A stretch of 62,746 nucleotides of DNA, filler included. It is 4 parts of 4 records of this genome, joined end to end, with 100 filler letters (N's around TTAATTAATTAA, not from the genome) between each part and the next. Parts side by side here need not be neighbours in the genome. Positions count along the whole stretch, not along the records: positions 1 to 27,105 come from SRR20825019_1721; positions 27,206 to 44,575 come from SRR20825019_1722; 2 more parts are not named here. One strand, 5' to 3'. Both the position numbers and the translations under genes were made by a program. The notes under the pieces are model-generated. The model saw nothing but the letters and a program-made list of their open reading frames with translations, did not search any database and was not told the origin of the DNA. Shown one piece after another: positions 19,301 to 28,802 of the stretch. The first letter of the stretch is position 1; every line of letters begins with the position of its first letter.

Positions 19301-21181
19301 AAGCGGCTTCAGGCGCTCAACCGCAAAAGGCGTACCTTCCGGCCGGTCCAGCGAAAAATCATGGATATAACTGGTGGTCACACCCTCAACTTCATAGGAA
19401 TGCTCCGACAGCACCTTGAAACCCATGTTCTCAAGGATCGGCATGCAGTTCGTCAGCGCGATCAGCTGGGTGCCGTGGTAGATTTTGAGGCGGAAACGAT
19501 TATCGCCATCTTCACGGTGATGGTAGAAATCAACCCGCACATCATCCTGACCAGCAACATCCTCCAGCTTCTGCACGTCATAGGCGGCCTGTGCTGGCGT
19601 GAAAGCTTCCCGGTAGGCCACTGTGAAGCGGCTCTTGTACCGGTGGTGCAAGGCGCCGCCGCGCTCCTCGCCGTGATGGGAGATAAGCTCAGCGTGCAGC
19701 CGATCCACCCAGCCTTGCGCGGCTTCTGCAATCGCACGGTTGATATCTTCAACGTCCGGATTATGCACTTTGCCGGGGAAGGTGCGGATAATGAAATGCC
19801 AGCGCGCCAGCGCTTCTTCCGTCAGGTTCGCATAATAAACCGACACTTCACCATTATAGGACTTGCAGAGAATATCGGCGACCGCTTGCCTGAGGCCTGA
19901 GTGGTAGTTGTCACGCGGCACATACACCATGGCAGAAACAAAACGCTCAAACCGGTCTGCGCGCACAAAAGCCCGAGGGCGAGGGCGCTCTGTCAACTGC
20001 AGAATACCGAGTGATGTATCAAACAACCAGTCCTCACCCACCTGGAACAGCTCATCCCGCGGGAAGGCTTCCAGAATATGAGCGAGCGCTTTGGCGGCGT
20101 ATGACCGCGGTGCAAACTGGGAACGCTGCATGATATTTGCGACCTTGCCGCGGATGATCGGCACATCGGTTGCAAACTTGCGATAGGAAAGTGATGTGAA
20201 GAGACCAACAAAGCGGCGTTCGCCTACGGCAACACCATTCGCGTCAAAGATTTTCACACCCACATAGTCCATGTGCGACTGGCGGTGCACCATGGATTTC
20301 ACGTTAGCTTTGGTGATGATCAACGGATCGGGCGCGGAGAGGAAGTGCCTGATTTCCGGCGACATCGGGGTCAGCCCTTCCTTGTCACGCAGCACATTTC
20401 GTGACGGGTCGCGGAGGATACCAAGACCAGACCCTTCAACACGATTGAAGTCAAATTTGGATGGGTCGCCTTCAAAGCGGTATTCACGGAATCCGAGGAA
20501 GGTAAAATGGTCTGCGCCAAGCCAGCGCAGCAACCGGATGGTTTCGTCCACCTCTTCCTGATCAATGGGCGGCGGGTTGACCGTGAGCGAAGCAACAGTT
20601 TCGTCAATCTTCGCCAGCATGGCTTTCCAATCACCCACAGCGGCGCGTACATCAGCAAGCGTGACAGCGAGTGTCTCTTCGATTTCCTTGAGCACCTCCT
20701 TGTCAGACTGCGCATCAATCTCGATGAACATGTAGGATTCGGTTGTCTCAGTCCCCTTATCACCGGTGACCCGCTTGCCTTTATCGTCACGGTTCTGGGT
20801 AAGGATAGGGTGGTGCATCATATGGATACGGGAATGCAGCGTGACGGCCAGACAGCCGGTGATCGAGTCGACCAGAAACGGCATGTCGTCATTAACGATC
20901 TGGATAACTGTATGCTTTGTAGACCAACCGGATTTCCCACCACGTGGGTTCAGTATCTTGATCAGCGGTTTGCCAACAGGGCGAGTTTCCGCCATCTGCC
21001 ACATGCTGCGGGCAACCGCAAACAGCGTCTCCGGATCACCCGCCATAAGATCGTCGGGACCTTGCGCATAAAACTGGCCCAGAAACTTGTCAAACGCCTC
21101 GAAATCTTCACCTGACATCGCCTCTATCGCGAAACGGCTAATCGCCGCCATGATCTGCTTATACTGCTCGTCACTGGTCAC
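16367..21181 (-). CDS. gdhB: Large NAD-specific glutamate dehydrogenase (~1600 aa)
   Basis: [60 protein letters not shown]; GTG start with an RBS. Confidence 0.96.
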   Translation of the reverse strand: [1604 protein letters not shown]

Positions 21182-21227
21182 TGTTTTGGTCCCTTCACAA
21201 CCTGATACTGGGGGTCTTTTCTTTTGA

Positions 21228-22358
21228 TTATTTCTTTTTGAAACGGCGAACCATTGTATCCACCGTTGTCGGCCCGGCATCCGCCACGCCGATTGCCTCA
21301 AGCCCGCCGCCGTCTTTGCGGCGTGCAAGCACAAGGCAAAACTCACTATCTGAATTGAAAGTATCCAGCGTTAAAGCGGGGGCGCCAAGCGCGTGCGCCC
21401 GCGCTTCATCCTGGCGGGTGTGGGCTGCATTCCCCACTTCACCGCGCCGTGCCATGCGTTCCGCTTTCACACAGCCCTTGATACCGCCGGGCTGCGCCTT
21501 AAGAAAAGCCACAAGGCTCTCAGACGTTTCGCCCTGCCGCCTGGCAAACGCAAGTGCGGAGGCATATTCCGTCAGGCGCGTTTTGTCGTAGTCCTTGCCA
21601 AACGTCAGTTTCAGCACGGGCGTAAAGGGTGCGCGGTCTTGCGCGCGCAACTTGTTTCGCTTGAGAAGGGCGTCATATGCGTCCGGTGCGTTTTCACCTT
21701 CTTCATACAGCGCAAGCGCGGCTGCAAGAGCCTGATAGAGATTATCGCGTCCGCCACCGTCAAGGTGCGCGACACGACCTGCCGCGCGCTCACAAGCGCC
21801 CAGTCGGTCATCAAGTTCTGGCGCAACCTGTGCGGTCTCCGCCTCTTCAACTTTGTTGCCCGGCGCCCTATAGCTCACCACCACCATAATAAAATGAGGT
21901 GCGTGCCCCGTTCGGCTGAACGGCAACATGATGCCGCGACAGTCCAGCGAACCTTCAGCAAATTCAAACTCTGCCGCGCGCTCCCGCCCGTCATCTGTTT
22001 CAAACTGGCCAAGAAGCGCGCCTGCGAATGCTGACTGAGGTATACCTTCCAGGCTAACGCCGGGGCCGATAGGTTCGTTCATCAAGGTTTTGACATCATC
22101 ACCCGCAAAACGCACCACAGCACCTGATGATGTGAATTCCAGCAACAAGGTGTTGGTCTTGAAAGGCGCAAGCCCTTGAGGTGTCAGGTCTTTAAAAAGC
22201 GGGAAGGCGTTTTCGGCTTTCAACTGCAGCCAGTAATCAAACGCGCGCAAGTGCAAGCGCCGTTCGTCGGCATCACTGGGTTGAGCGGTCGAGAAGTCGT
22301 CTGGGACGCTAGCGTCCGAGGGGCTATGGTCTGCGTTTTTTTCTTCGTCGCCGTTCAT
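21228..22358 (-). CDS. PAS-like domain protein of alphaproteobacterial type
   Basis: ERRLHLRAFDYW...RGIMLPFS, then a helical C-terminal domain YDKTRLTEYA. Confidence 0.7.
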   Translation of the reverse strand: MNGDEEKNADHSPSDASVPDDFSTAQPSDADERRLHLRAFDYWLQLKAENAFPLFKDLTPQGLAPFKTNTLLLEFTSSGAVVRFAGDDVKTLMNEPIGPGVSLEGIPQSAFAGALLGQFETDDGRERAAEFEFAEGSLDCRGIMLPFSRTGHAPHFIMVVVSYRAPGNKVEEAETAQVAPELDDRLGACERAAGRVAHLDGGGRDNLYQALAAALALYEEGENAPDAYDALLKRNKLRAQDRAPFTPVLKLTFGKDYDKTRLTEYASALAFARRQGETSESLVAFLKAQPGGIKGCVKAERMARRGEVGNAAHTRQDEARAHALGAPALTLDTFNSDSEFCLVLARRKDGGGLEAIGVADAGPTTVDTMVRRFKKK

Positions 22359-22585
22359 GGCCAACAAACCGTTTCTGAGTTCTGCGTCAGCGTGTGTCGC
22401 ATAAGTCGGGTATGGCACCGCACCAAAGCACTTGCAAGAAAGATCAACCGGATTAGACAACTTTTTTCCATGGCACCCACTACATACTGTTTTGACAGCG
22501 CTGCCAAGTGTTCCGGCTTGCTCCAAAATCCTTTTTGCGCCAAAAAGAACTGATCTTTACGGGGAAGGTAAGGGAGACTCGGACC

Positions 22586-24394
22586 ATGCAAAACACGCAG
22601 CCAGATGCGCGTTGGCAAAGCCTCACGGCCATGTTCTTTGATCAGGCGACAAAGATGGCCAGCAAACCATTGCTTTATGCCAAGTCAGGCGGGGCTTGGC
22701 GTTCCCGCAACTGGACAGAGACCGCCGAAGAGGTCAGCAAGCTTGCAAAAGCGCTTGAGGCCCTTGGTGTGGTGGCAGGCGACCGGGTGGTCATTATCTC
22801 CGAGAATCGCCCGGAATGGCTGATCGCGGACTTCGCCATCATGGCCGTTGGCGCTATCACCGTGCCGGCTTATGTCACCAACACCGCACGCGACCATTTG
22901 CATATTCTTGAGAACAGCGGCGCGAAAGCGGCGATTGTCTCCACCAAATCCCTCGCGCGCACGTTCCTCAAGGCGGCCCACCAGTCAGACGAGCTTGAAC
23001 ACACCATCACCATTGAAGAAGTAAAGCTCGAGCAACAGGTCAATGTGGAAGTGCACCACTGGGACAAGGTCCTTAGCGCCCAGGAAGCAGACGTTGCCCA
23101 CTTTGCCCGCCGTGCAAAAGACGTTTCCCGCCACGATATTGCGTGCCTGATCTATACCAGTGGCACCGGCGGTGCACCAAAGGGGGTGAAAACCCATCAT
23201 GGCTCGATCCTGCATAATGCTGAGGGCGCGATTGAAATTTTTCGCGGGCTTGGGCTCGACAATAATGTCTTTCTGTCGTTCCTGCCGCTCAGCCACGCCT
23301 ATGAACATACAGCGGGCCAGTGTTGGCCGCTCACCATCGGTGCCGAGATATGGTACGCAGAAAGCCTTGAAAAACTGGCCACCAATATGGCGGAAGCCAA
23401 ACCCACGGTTATGGTGGTAGTGCCGCGCCTTTTCGAGATGCTACGCACCCGCATCAGCCGGGCGATTGAGAAAGAAGGCGGTACCAAAGCCAAATTGTTT
23501 GGCCGCGCCATTGAGCTTGGCACCAAAATCGCCAAGGGTGAACGCCTCAACTTCAAGGAAAAGATCGAGAATATTTTCCTGAGCCTGACGGTACGCCGCA
23601 AGGTGAACAACCAGTTTGGTGGCCGCATCAAAGCGCTTGTTTCTGGCGGCGCGCCGCTGGCTCCTGATGTTGGATATTTTTTTGAGGCGCTTGGCCTGCC
23701 GCTCCTGCAAGGTTATGGGCAAACAGAATCCGGCCCTATTATATCCGTAAACCCGCCAGCGGCACCCAAGGCGCATAGCGTCGGCACCGTTTTCCCCAAT
23801 ACGGAAGTCAAAATCGCGGAAGACGGCGAAATTCTAGTTCGCGGCGAACTGGTGATGAAAGGCTATTGGCGGGACGACAAAGCCACAGCCAAGACCATTG
23901 TGGACGGCTGGTTACATACAGGCGACATCGGCAAGTTTGACGAAGACCAGCATGTGGTGATCACTGACCGTAAGAAGGACCTTATCGTCAACGACAAGGG
24001 GGACAATGTTTCGCCCCAACGCATTGAGGGCATGCTTGCGCTTGAGGATGAGATTGCCCAGGCCATGGTATATGGCGACCGCAAACCGCACCTTGTGGGG
24101 CTTATCGTGCCAGACGCTGAATGGCTGCGGGGCTGGGCCAAGGATCAGGACAAAACCCTCGACGGTATTGACCTCAATACAGACCCAGACCTTCGCAAAG
24201 CGATAGACGCGGCCGTTAGCCGCATCAACCATCGGCTCTCTAATCTTGAGAAAGTGCGGCGTTTTATCATTGCAGACGAAGCCTTTTCCATTGAAAACGA
24301 GCAACTGACACCAACGCTGAAGCTCCGGCGGCATGTTGTTGGTGAATTATATGGTGAGCGGCTTGAAAAGCTCTATCACCGGGCAAAGGCTTGA
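22586..24394 (+). CDS. Long-chain fatty acid--CoA ligase
   Basis: YTSGTGGAPKG, FLPLSHAYE, QGYGQTE, GWLHTGDIG, LTPTLKLRR. Confidence 0.95.
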   Translation: MQNTQPDARWQSLTAMFFDQATKMASKPLLYAKSGGAWRSRNWTETAEEVSKLAKALEALGVVAGDRVVIISENRPEWLIADFAIMAVGAITVPAYVTNTARDHLHILENSGAKAAIVSTKSLARTFLKAAHQSDELEHTITIEEVKLEQQVNVEVHHWDKVLSAQEADVAHFARRAKDVSRHDIACLIYTSGTGGAPKGVKTHHGSILHNAEGAIEIFRGLGLDNNVFLSFLPLSHAYEHTAGQCWPLTIGAEIWYAESLEKLATNMAEAKPTVMVVVPRLFEMLRTRISRAIEKEGGTKAKLFGRAIELGTKIAKGERLNFKEKIENIFLSLTVRRKVNNQFGGRIKALVSGGAPLAPDVGYFFEALGLPLLQGYGQTESGPIISVNPPAAPKAHSVGTVFPNTEVKIAEDGEILVRGELVMKGYWRDDKATAKTIVDGWLHTGDIGKFDEDQHVVITDRKKDLIVNDKGDNVSPQRIEGMLALEDEIAQAMVYGDRKPHLVGLIVPDAEWLRGWAKDQDKTLDGIDLNTDPDLRKAIDAAVSRINHRLSNLEKVRRFIIADEAFSIENEQLTPTLKLRRHVVGELYGERLEKLYHRAKA

Positions 24395-24398
24395 ACGA

Positions 24399-24608
24399 AT
24401 GACGGACAGTGAACAGCAGATTGCGGACCTTGAGATCAGGTTCGCTTTCATGCAGGAAACCATTGATACGCTTAATGAGACGGTGACGTCACAGTGGAGT
24501 GAGATTGACCGGCTGAAGCGGCGGCTTGAGAAGCTGCAGGCTGAAGTGGTCCAGCTTGAAGATAGCGGGCGGGACGGCAAGTCTGAGCCACCACCGCCGC
24601 ACTATTGA
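24399..24608 (+). CDS. slyX: SlyX-family protein
   Basis: LEIRFAFMQETIDTLN coiled coil, C-terminal PPPHY. Confidence 0.9.
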   Translation: MTDSEQQIADLEIRFAFMQETIDTLNETVTSQWSEIDRLKRRLEKLQAEVVQLEDSGRDGKSEPPPPHY

Positions 24609-24808
24609 CGGTGAGTGACGCAGCAAAAAGCTGGGGCGAGGTTGAAAGCCCCTGCGTTGGCACCTGCAAGCTGGATAACACCGGCATATATTGCATCGGC
24701 TGTCTGCGCACACGTGGTGAGATCGGCGTTTGGTCAACCGCGAGCAATGCGGAGAAACTTGCAATTCTCGCGGCCGTTTCCCGAAGGCAGGGTGATAACC
24801 CGAAATAG
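24605..24808 (+). CDS. DUF1289 family Cys-rich protein
   Basis: SPCVGTC...CIGCLRTRGEI..W. Confidence 0.85.
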   Translation: MTVSDAAKSWGEVESPCVGTCKLDNTGIYCIGCLRTRGEIGVWSTASNAEKLAILAAVSRRQGDNPK

Positions 24809-24869
24809 CCATGCCGACACCCTTTTACCATATAGAGTGCCGACGATAGTTCTTGGCTACCGCAACTTG

Positions 24870-25478
24870 CTACATCAGCCCTTCAGCTGCCATTGCCGCC
24901 GAAACATCCGGGTTCTGGAGCAATCGGTCACGGTAGGCTGTGAGGTCAGGCCAGCGATCAAGGCTGACCTTCGCTGGCACGGTCCAGAGCATGACCACCA
25001 GCAAATAGCAGTCTGCAGCTGTTAGTTCGTCCCCCAGCAAAAAGGCCTTCTTGTCCGATAGGCTCGCTTCAACGAGATCAAACCGGGCGGCAATCTGTTC
25101 CCGCTGTGCGTTTGTCTCTGCTGTGGGGGTCTCTTCAAAAAAGAGCGGTACTGTAAACCGTTTATGGAGCTCAGAGGATGTGTAAGCCAGCCACTCAATT
25201 GCCTGTCGGCGTTGAACACGCCCCTTGGGCAACAACCCTGCTTCGGGGTAACGGGCATCCAGCTCTATCATGATAGACAAAACCTCTGTCAGCACCTCGC
25301 CTTGATCATCCAGAAGAACAGGCACATAGCCTTTTGGGTAGGTCTCGCGAAGTGATATGCCGTCCTCTGCCATGCCGGTAGCCGGGTCATATTTCACAAG
25401 CTCGGGCACTACACCAGCCTTACGCAGTGCGATATGAACAGCAAGCGAGCATGCCATGGGTATATAATAAAGTTTCAT
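24870..25478 (-). CDS. Glutathione S-transferase (beta class)
   Basis: MKLYYIPMACSLAVHIAL, GYVPVL, SSELHK, TAADCYL. Confidence 0.92.
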   Translation of the reverse strand: MKLYYIPMACSLAVHIALRKAGVVPELVKYDPATGMAEDGISLRETYPKGYVPVLLDDQGEVLTEVLSIMIELDARYPEAGLLPKGRVQRRQAIEWLAYTSSELHKRFTVPLFFEETPTAETNAQREQIAARFDLVEASLSDKKAFLLGDELTAADCYLLVVMLWTVPAKVSLDRWPDLTAYRDRLLQNPDVSAAMAAEGLM

Positions 25479-25592
25479 CGTTTCATTCCTCTTGATGGTT
25501 CGCCGTCCTGATCTAAGGCCGGTCATGAATAGTATTTTTCCGAAGAACCCCTGCATTGGGCTTCCCGTACGGTTATGGCAGTGCGCCACGGA

Positions 25593-26285
25593 CTACCGAT
25601 TTGCCATGAGGTCATGCAGCGCCTTTTTAACCGCGTCGACTTCAGTACGTTTTCGGTAGTTGTTGGGAACAAAGGCGCGAAAGACCTTGCCGTCCTGCGC
25701 AATCACATAAGTCGCGGGGTCTGCAAACATGTATGACGACTGGCCCGTTAGCATCCCAACATCGACACCGATCTGGCGCAGCACCGTTTGGTGGCTTTCA
25801 GGCAGCTCAAAAACGAGGCCAAACTGGCGAGCGAGTGTATTATTGGCGTCATGCAACACATCAAAGCCCACAGAGGTCACCGCGCCTGCGATCACATCTT
25901 CCGGCACACCAGCAGACGCAAGCATATCCACTGCATTTGGCTTTTCACCTGTTACCGCCACGAGCGCGGCACCGTGGTCCGTAATTTCTCTAAGTCGCTC
26001 GTCATACTCCTTCAGTTGCAGGTTGCAGTAAGGACACCAGATCCCTCTATAGAAGGTCAGGACAAGCGGGCCATCTGCGAGATAACCTTCGAGGCTACAC
26101 ATACCCCCGCCATAAGCGGGCAACTCAAACCCCGGCGCAACCGCCCCCACATGGAGAGCATTTTCAACAATATCCAGGGCGCTAATCTCACCCGCGCCCT
26201 GTTCAACTAACTCCACCAGCTCCCTGGGCAAAGTGTCACGGAAGTGCTGAATTGCACTGCGAATTTTTCCGTTCAAGCCTGACAT
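25593..26285 (-). CDS. AhpC/TSA peroxiredoxin-like protein
   Basis: FYRGIWCPYCNLQL CxxC motif, PATYVI. Confidence 0.9.
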   Translation of the reverse strand: MSGLNGKIRSAIQHFRDTLPRELVELVEQGAGEISALDIVENALHVGAVAPGFELPAYGGGMCSLEGYLADGPLVLTFYRGIWCPYCNLQLKEYDERLREITDHGAALVAVTGEKPNAVDMLASAGVPEDVIAGAVTSVGFDVLHDANNTLARQFGLVFELPESHQTVLRQIGVDVGMLTGQSSYMFADPATYVIAQDGKVFRAFVPNNYRKRTEVDAVKKALHDLMANR

Positions 26286-26302
26286 TTAGCGTGTTCCCTC
26301 AA

Positions 26303-26372
26303 TTGACATCCATGTTATGTACATATATGAACAAAAAGAGACATAGATGTTATGTACACATATGTACATAAC
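26303..26372. promoter_or_regulatory. Divergent promoter region with two TetR-type operators
   Basis: Perfect GTTATGTACA-N4-TGTACATAAC at 26349-26372, degenerate copy at 26314-26337; TTGACA-N17-TATGAA at 26303-26331. Confidence 0.75.
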
Positions 26373-26394
26373 TTTTTACACATTGGATGAAATA

Positions 26395-26997
26395 ATGGTC
26401 AGGCCAACCAAATTCGACCGAACAGAAGCGCTCAATACCGCGACAGAAGCTTTCTGGAAAAACGGATTTGAGCAGTCTTCGGTGAAGAACCTGTCAGAAC
26501 TTCTGGGAATGACCCGGTCCAGTTTCTACAATGCCTTCGGCTCACGCGACGCACTTTTTAGCGAAACCATCCCGGAGTATGCAGCACAAAGCCCCGACGC
26601 GCCTTTATATAAGGAGATGCAAACAGACGTGCTTCCGCTAATCACGTCTGTGTTTCAAGATATTTGCCGGGCCCGCGCTCAAGACCCGGATGCTCGCGGT
26701 TGCATGATCGTCAACACGGTTTGCGAAATATGCCCGGCATCCGAAGGGCTTGGTATTGAGTTGGCTGAACGCATACTTAGCTCTGCGGCTCATCTCGAAC
26801 ATCTTCTGAGCCTGGCGCAGGAGCGCGGTGAACTAAGCGACGGTGCGAATGTGCATGCCCTGGCCCTGGCACTACAGAATCTGATGATCGGGATCAATGT
26901 TCTCTGCAAGGTGATACGGGACGAGAATGAGCTGTGGCTACTGACAAGGACCACGCTTGAAGGGCTGGGTCTCTACCGTGCACCCGCTGTTACATAA
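26395..26997 (+). CDS. TetR/AcrR-family regulator
   Basis: RPTKFD...FWKNGFEQSSVKNL...SSFYNAFGSRDALF; RGCMIVN. Confidence 0.93.
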   Translation: MVRPTKFDRTEALNTATEAFWKNGFEQSSVKNLSELLGMTRSSFYNAFGSRDALFSETIPEYAAQSPDAPLYKEMQTDVLPLITSVFQDICRARAQDPDARGCMIVNTVCEICPASEGLGIELAERILSSAAHLEHLLSLAQERGELSDGANVHALALALQNLMIGINVLCKVIRDENELWLLTRTTLEGLGLYRAPAVT

Positions 26998-27007
26998 CCC
27001 AAAAAAC

Positions 27008-27047
27008 AAAAAAGCCTCCAGACTATTTCTAGTCAAGGAGGCTTCTT
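27008..27047. terminator. Hairpin terminator between tetR and the tRNA
   Basis: AAGCCTCC...GGAGGCTT with an A-run (U-tract on the minus strand). Confidence 0.6.
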
Positions 27048-27075
27048 GTAACGCCTTGATTTCTCAAGGAAAAGA

Positions 27076-27105
27076 TGGAGCGGGCGATGAGATTCGAACT
27101 CACGA
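27076..27105 (-). tRNA. tRNA 3' fragment, probably tRNA-Gly (cut by contig end)
   Basis: Minus strand TCGTGAGTTCGAATCTCATCGCCCGCTCCA = T-arm + acceptor strand + CCA; anticodon not visible. Confidence 0.8.
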
Positions 27106-27205
27106 NNNNNNNNNNNNNNNNNNNNNNNNNNNNNNNNNNNNNNNNNNNNTTAATTAATTAANNNNNNNNNNNNNNNNNNNNNNNNNNNNNNNNNNNNNNN
27201 NNNNN
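27106..27205. other. Artificial contig linker
   Basis: N44-TTAATTAATTAA-N44; the 12-mer gives stops in all six frames. Confidence 0.99.
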
Positions 27206-27468
27206 ATGTTGCCGGGACTCTCGAACAATAAACCTGAATTAATTGCAAACGCTACTTGATTGTTGCGATTGTTGCAAGATGGTCTCATCCACTGAAACAC
27301 GGGAGAATATAAGGAGCACTTACGCCCTTCAGTGCAGACGAGGGTGGAATACTCTTATAAATCTAATTCTAAATTTTTATCAGTGTTCCGGCATAATTAA
27401 CTAAAACCGGCCGCAGAAGCCATGTTCTTAGTCCATGGCGACGCACTACTTGGTCTATATACAACTAA

Positions 27469-28761
27469 TTATCCAGTGGCGGCCTTGTGGAGGTTGATCT
27501 TAACCTTGTCCTCCTCCTTGATGCCCTGGTAGTACTCCTGGAGGATCTCCAAGACTTCATCACGACCGAAGTGTTCAGGAATAGGCTCACCCTCGGAGAG
27601 AAGCTTGCGGAGCTTGGTTCCGGAGACAATTACACGGTCCTCCTTACCGTGGGGGCAAGTGCGCATGGAAGCAGGTCCGTCACACTTGTGGCAATAAAAG
27701 GTCCAGTCAATCTTCAAGGGCTCGCAGAGGAGGTTCTTAGCAGCATCGGCAGAGCGGGGGATCTTATCGAAGATCTCCTGGGCATCAAAGAGACCATAGT
27801 AGTCCCCAACACCGGCGTGGTCACGGCCAACAATAAGGTGGGAGCAACCGTGGTTCTGGCGGAAGAGAGCGTGGAGGAGAGCCTCGCGAGGACCAGCGTA
27901 ACGCATATCCAGGGGGTAGCCAGCCTGGAGCACCTTCTCCTTGACAAAGTACTTGTCGACGAGAGTGTTGATGCACTTCACACGAACATCAGCAGGGATG
28001 TCGCCAGGCTTCAAGTTACCAACAAGGGAGTGGATGAGAACACCATCGCACACCTCAGCAGCGATCTTGGCAAGGTACTCGTGGGAGCGGTGCATGGGGT
28101 TGCGGAGCTGAAGGGCAGCAACAGTGGACCATCCGGCCTGCTCGAACAGAGCACGGGTCTCCTCGGGGCGAAGGTAGATCTCAGGGAACCTCTCAGGGAA
28201 ACCACCCTCAGAGAGAACCTTGACGGACCCAGCAAGGTTCACGTCCTCCTGGTTCATCACCATCTGGACGCCGGGGTGTTCCAAGTCGGTGGTGGTGAAG
28301 ATATGCTCGCACTCGAAGTTCTTGGCGTTCTTGTCCATCACGTAGGCATCGCCGACACGCATGGTGGCCATGAGGGTGTCGTTGTGGTAAAGGGCAACCT
28401 CCTCATCGGGGACAATGTCCTTGGCAACAGCCTCAGCGGTGGACACGGTGATGGGAATAGGCCAGAAGGTGCCGTCAGAGAGAGTGAAGTCGGTGCACAC
28501 ACTGCTCCAGTCGGACTTGCTCATGAAGCCATCAAGGGGAGAGAAGGCACCGTTGCCCATCATGATAAGGTCACCGGCTTCACGGGAGGTGATGTCGACC
28601 CTCTTGAGAGACTCGGCCTTCTTGACCTCTTCGGTGTGGGCGTCGCCCTCAAGAAGGTTCTTGACGAGGCCACGGCCGCCATGAACGGGGATGAGGCGAG
28701 AAGCCGGGGTAGCAGCAGTGGAGAACGATCTCTTGGCAATGGCCTTGGCGGAGGACAACAT
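27469..28761 (-). CDS. sat: ATP sulfurylase (sulfate adenylyltransferase), intronless, with mitochondrial-type presequence
   Basis: [34 protein letters not shown], Zn motif CHKC...CPH; leader [22 protein letters not shown]. Confidence 0.95.
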   Translation of the reverse strand: MLSSAKAIAKRSFSTAATPASRLIPVHGGRGLVKNLLEGDAHTEEVKKAESLKRVDITSREAGDLIMMGNGAFSPLDGFMSKSDWSSVCTDFTLSDGTFWPIPITVSTAEAVAKDIVPDEEVALYHNDTLMATMRVGDAYVMDKNAKNFECEHIFTTTDLEHPGVQMVMNQEDVNLAGSVKVLSEGGFPERFPEIYLRPEETRALFEQAGWSTVAALQLRNPMHRSHEYLAKIAAEVCDGVLIHSLVGNLKPGDIPADVRVKCINTLVDKYFVKEKVLQAGYPLDMRYAGPREALLHALFRQNHGCSHLIVGRDHAGVGDYYGLFDAQEIFDKIPRSADAAKNLLCEPLKIDWTFYCHKCDGPASMRTCPHGKEDRVIVSGTKLRKLLSEGEPIPEHFGRDEVLEILQEYYQGIKEEDKVKINLHKAATG

Positions 28762-28792
28762 GTTGCTTATTTTTCGAAGGTGAACGGTGTAA

Positions 28793-28802
28793 TATATATA
28801 TA
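28793..28802. promoter_or_regulatory. TATA-like (TA)5 upstream of sat
   Basis: TATATATATA about 32 nt upstream of the ATG at 28761. Confidence 0.4.

Noticed and set aside
18782-19900. 372-aa ORF opposite gdh (and 7403-8203 opposite thrS)
   Set aside because: Antisense shadows of conserved genes.
21182-21346. N-terminal extension of glutamate dehydrogenase
   Set aside because: Overlaps the upstream gene; the GTG at 21181 has a plausible RBS.
24870-27105. Integrative element at the tRNA
   Set aside because: No integrase, and I found no duplicate of the tRNA 3' end in the contig.
27150-27161. TTAATTAATTAA palindrome recurring three times
   Set aside because: Embedded in N-runs; an artificial six-frame stop linker, not a biological repeat or CRISPR.
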